From assembly GCA_951813565.1 (NCBI GenBank), contig OX638351.1:2240001-2304000 (forward strand): a stretch of 64,000 bases of DNA, in the 5' to 3' direction. Origin of the DNA: an uncultured Poribacteria bacterium (GTDB lineage Bacteria > Poribacteria > WGA-4E > WGA-3G). Positions 60,296-64,000 of this stretch are shown piece by piece (position 1 is the first letter of the stretch; each line of letters opens with the position of its first letter). The notes beneath the pieces were generated by a model. The model was given only the letters and a program-made list of their open reading frames with translations, searched no databases and was not told the origin of the DNA. A program made the position numbers and the translations under genes.

Positions 60296-61915
60296 TCACT
60301 CTTGATCCAAACCTGCAGCGTGCCTTCCAGCAGCAGGGTCGCCAGCAGCATAAAACATCCCGCTATCTTTATCAACATAAAGCATGGACGGTGCAGCAAT
60401 AGCACCTGCTTGTGCCTTGAGTTGATGCCCGCGACTACCAAGTTCTTCCCTGACGTTTTCACTCACACTGTCGTTGATAGTTAGTGAACCTGCTTGTCCG
60501 AATGTCTGCACACGGTTAGGATTTGGATCGAACGAATCTTGATGATGTGCTGTAGCAAAACGTGGTGCTGTAACAGCATCTTCGGGTTGCATACCAAATT
60601 CAACGAAATTGAGTAATAAATTCATCGTTGCCTGATCCTGCAAATCACCACCTGCAACGCTGATTGCCAAAATGGGTGCGCCATCCTTAAGAACCAGTGT
60701 TGGCGTAAGCGTAATTCTCGGACGTTTACCAGGCTCAATACAGTTTGGATGTCCGGGAGTTGTATTGAGACTCCGCAAGCGATTACCGTAACTAACACCT
60801 GTGGTGCCAGTGCCGCCTGCGTGATAGACGTTAGCACTCGGTGTAGCAGACACGACATTCCCCCATCGGTCAGCAACTACACACGTTGTTGTTCCACCAA
60901 CATCGGGACGAAACACTCCACCTGCTTTCAGCGGTTTCATATTTTCTACGTCACCCGGTTGTGCTTCTTGTGATGCCATTTTCATATCAATTAGTGGTCG
61001 GCGAATGTCTGTATAACCATCGGAAAGTAATTTAGCCATAGGCACATCTACAAATTCAGGATCAGCGTAATATTCATCTCGGTCTGCCATTGCCAACTTG
61101 AGTGCTTCAGTGACGACATGCACGTAATCTGCCGAAAAATGTCCCATCTCTTTGAGGTCAAAGCCTTCCAACAGGCGCAGGGCTTGACAAAGGTAGGGGC
61201 CTTGCGTCCACGGACCGCACTTGCACACTGTATAACCTCGGTAATCCACTGTTACGGGGTCTTCAATTAATGTAATGTGGGCAGCCAGGTCTTTCTTGCG
61301 GAGAAATCCGCCATTTTCAATGTAAAAGGATTCTAATTCATCTGCAATATCACTATGAACACCGTTCCGTCCATAAAACCGATCACTTGCCGCTTGTACT
61401 TTCTGCTCACGACTTCCAGATGTTTTGCGTTCCTCATCAATCATTCTTCGCAAGGTAATCGCCAAATCAGGATGCCACTCCGTCCGACCCGCATCAAGCA
61501 ATGCTAACGTTGGTGCGACAATTTCCTCAAACGTCATTGTTCCATATAGTTTGAGTGTTGTTGTACACAAGTCCACAACAGATGGAACAGGTGCCATTTT
61601 TATATCCCAATTCGGGATACCGTTCTCCATATACCAGTCAGTCGCAGCTTGAGAAAGTGGGGCGCGTCCCTGCCCAGAGAGTGATTTCACTTCCTGCTTT
61701 TCCGCGTCAAAGATAAGCAGTGGCACTTCACCGCCAATAGAACAAGCACCATGATCTGTAACGTTGAGCGCAAGAATTGTTCCTGCAGCTGCGTCTGCAG
61801 CGTTTCCACCTGCTTCTAAAATCTCAATTCCTGCTGCAACCGCCTTTGCACCGCCTGCAGCGACGACTCCAGTTTTGCTAATTGCTTTCCAACCAATTTG
61901 TTGTCTGTTTTGCAT
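60296..61915 (-). CDS. ggt: Gamma-glutamyltransferase family protein
   Basis: GGNAADAA, GTTTCVVADRWGN (Thr nucleophile), PGKRP and APRF. Confidence 0.88.
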   Translation of the reverse strand: MQNRQQIGWKAISKTGVVAAGGAKAVAAGIEILEAGGNAADAAAGTILALNVTDHGACSIGGEVPLLIFDAEKQEVKSLSGQGRAPLSQAATDWYMENGIPNWDIKMAPVPSVVDLCTTTLKLYGTMTFEEIVAPTLALLDAGRTEWHPDLAITLRRMIDEERKTSGSREQKVQAASDRFYGRNGVHSDIADELESFYIENGGFLRKKDLAAHITLIEDPVTVDYRGYTVCKCGPWTQGPYLCQALRLLEGFDLKEMGHFSADYVHVVTEALKLAMADRDEYYADPEFVDVPMAKLLSDGYTDIRRPLIDMKMASQEAQPGDVENMKPLKAGGVFRPDVGGTTTCVVADRWGNVVSATPSANVYHAGGTGTTGVSYGNRLRSLNTTPGHPNCIEPGKRPRITLTPTLVLKDGAPILAISVAGGDLQDQATMNLLLNFVEFGMQPEDAVTAPRFATAHHQDSFDPNPNRVQTFGQAGSLTINDSVSENVREELGSRGHQLKAQAGAIAAPSMLYVDKDSGMFYAAGDPAAGRHAAGLDQE

Positions 61916-62103
61916 TGCTTTTCCTTGATTTTTCGTCTGAAGACTATCAAATTCGAATTGCGTACTTTGCCTTAGAGCATAGCATAAAAAATCATCTTGT
62001 GCAATGCCTAAAATCAAAGAGGGTGTGTAAATATTTGGTTACATAGGTTCAATTTGCAATGATTACGCGGCGTTTTCCACTGTAGAGCGGGGTCTCTGTG
62101 CCC

Positions 62104-62234
62104 ATAGCCGTCAATTTAAGGATATACCCTCTTGTGGGAGGGGTTTTCAACCCCGATAAATACATATAAATCGGGCTTATAAAGCCCTCCCACAAGAGGC
62201 AATCTGGTAATTGTGTGCTTAAATTGACGCCTAT
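62104..62234. mobile_element. MITE inserted in a REP hairpin with a 19-bp target duplication
   Basis: TIRs ATAGCCGTCAATTTAAG/CTTAAATTGACGCCTAT (16/17 match). Direct repeats at 62085-62103 and 62235-62253 (17/19 match). Confidence 0.8.
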
Positions 62235-62879
62235 GGGCGGGGTCCCTGTGCCCCGCCACTGCGCAGGACGTGCCATGCAACGGGCAAGCACCAAATCAAC
62301 GGTCCGAATGCCTTTTGGCATTCCCCGGAGACCCGCCCCTACAATAGGAGTTGTGCGGATTTCTACAAAAACTTTACACACCCAATCAAAGAACCATTCA
62401 ACTCTCCTGATCGCGATACCATACACTACATTTGAATAATGAATAAAATTCGGCTATAATAACGTGAGCTTGATAATTAGAATGAATATAGATGTCCGTT
62501 GGGTAGAGCAAAGCGAAACCCATAAATCAACGCTATGAATGCTTGTTGGCATTCAGCGTTGATTTGGCCAAATGCCTCAAGACGAATGTGCGTATGGCAT
62601 TCGCCATGATTTGTAGCGTTGATTTCTTGATTTGGCGTATTCGCCCAAGTGCGCTTGATATTGATTTGGCAATGAATTGCGCGACTACAAACGGATTCTT
62701 TCTTAAATGGAAATGGTGGGCACAGAGACCCTGCCCTACGTTAAAGATTGATTCTCTGTAAAAACCGTGTTCTATTGGTCTGTCCATCGTAAATTTACAT
62801 GTGTTTCTTTTCTTGAAACTTGACAATCCTTATTATTTATTTTAGACTATTCCTCACTTATTTATGGAGGAATAAAGTC

Positions 62880-64000
62880 TTGAATAAGAAATATATAGTT
62901 GAGTTGACCGATACAGAACGTGAAGAACTAATACCAAATTACCCAAAATCGTAGGGGCGGGTCTCTGTGCCCGCCCGTGTTCTCGGCAGTGAAAACAATA
63001 CAAAACTCGTTAATTTGGTATAAAGTCTTATGTAAATACAGGCACAAATAAAGCATATAAGATAAAACATGCGAATATCTTATTGAAAGCGGATACAAAG
63101 GGTCCCGGTTGGACTGATAAGCAAATATCTGAAGCCTTTGCGTGTGATCCGAAGACAGTCTATAATGTGCGTCGTCGTTTTGTCCAGAAGGGTTTATCTG
63201 GTGCGTTGGGTCGTGTTCGTCGTCAAACCCCTCCGTGTCCTCGTAAACTTGATGGCGCGGCTGAGGCGCGGCTGATCGCACTCAGTCGCAGTGAACCGCC
63301 TGAGGGTTTTGGCAGATGGTCTTTGCGTCTTCTTGCTTCGGAGTTAGTGCGGCTTGAAATCGTTGAAAGTATTAGTCCCGAAACGGTGCGTCAAACACTC
63401 AAAAAAACGCCCTAAAACCGCATCTTGTGGATCAATGGGTGATCCCCCCTGAAGAAGATGCTGCGTTTGTTGAGGCAATGGAGGCGGTGCTTGGTCTCTA
63501 CCAACAACCTTTGGATCCAGATGTTCCGGTTGTGAACATGGATGAACAATCTGTAACGCTGAGAGGTGATCCGTGATCCACATCCCGCTAAACCGGGGCA
63601 GGTCAAGCGTGTGGATAATGAATATAAACGCAATGGCACGGCACAACTTTTCATTTTCACAGCGGCACTTGCGGGGTGGCGGCGTGTGTCTGTTCGGGAG
63701 CGTCGGACAGCAGCGGATTGGGTGGAGGAAGTCCGGGTCTTATTGGATGAGGTGTATCCGTTAGCAAAGCGTGTGATTTTAGTCTGTGATAACCTGAATA
63801 CGCATAGCCTTTCGTCGTTGTCCAAAACATTTGGGGCGAAGAAAGCAGAAAGATTGTGTTCCCGTTTGGAAATAGTGCACACGCCTAAGCATGGGAGTTG
63901 GTTGAATATTGCGGAGATAGAACTCAGTGTGCTCACACGCCAATGTTTGTGTCGCCGTATCCCTGACATAGAAACGCTACGCAGAGAGACAAAAGCCTGG
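62880..64000 (+). pseudogene. IS630-family transposase, disrupted and running off the window
   Basis: KKYIVELTD...HANILLKAD HTH, A7 slippery site at 63401-63407, MDE, CDNLNTH and SWLNIAE. MITE insertion at 62932 and an extra frameshift near 63571. Confidence 0.9.
62932..63020. mobile_element. 89-bp MITE with TAA target duplication inside IS630 orfA
   Basis: Removing it plus one TAA restores the frame EELKSYVNTGTNKAYKIKHANILL. Confidence 0.9.

Noticed and set aside
63401..63415. Stop in IS630 as an inactivating mutation
   Set aside because: The A7 run followed by a -1 frame continuation is the usual programmed frameshift. The real lesions are the MITE and the shift near 63571.

Overview
64 kb of bacterial chromosome. 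The gene content suggests Candidatus Poribacteria or a relative (inference, not a database hit): several PhyH-type dioxygenases, LamG and TolB-like proteins ending in a TWGxxK motif, an ECF sigma factor fused to a large beta-propeller, and LPS genes. Housekeeping and catabolic genes (hflX, lpxB, lpxK, argC, ggt, aminopeptidase P, dehydrogenases, two tRNA-Leu) alternate with a dense mobilome: five IS elements (DDE_Tnp_1-type, IS982, IS1595, TnpB-only IS200/IS605, IS630), many GTAG-type REP hairpins, and several families of nested MITEs. The most notable observations are: (1) two tandem dnaN paralogs outside the dnaA locus whose client-binding pocket residues are remodelled differently in each copy; (2) a MITE family that inserts into REP hairpins and duplicates 19-21 bp of the hairpin; (3) a sigma54 module disabled both by an IS982 insertion just after the -12 box and by three lesions in its activator; (4) an intact TnpB element with readable TAM, guide and structured 5' leader, inserted exactly at a host start codon; (5) a tandem PhyH protein with a halogenase-like HxG motif; (6) an ABC-ATPase/TOPRIM-like pair that may be a defence system.
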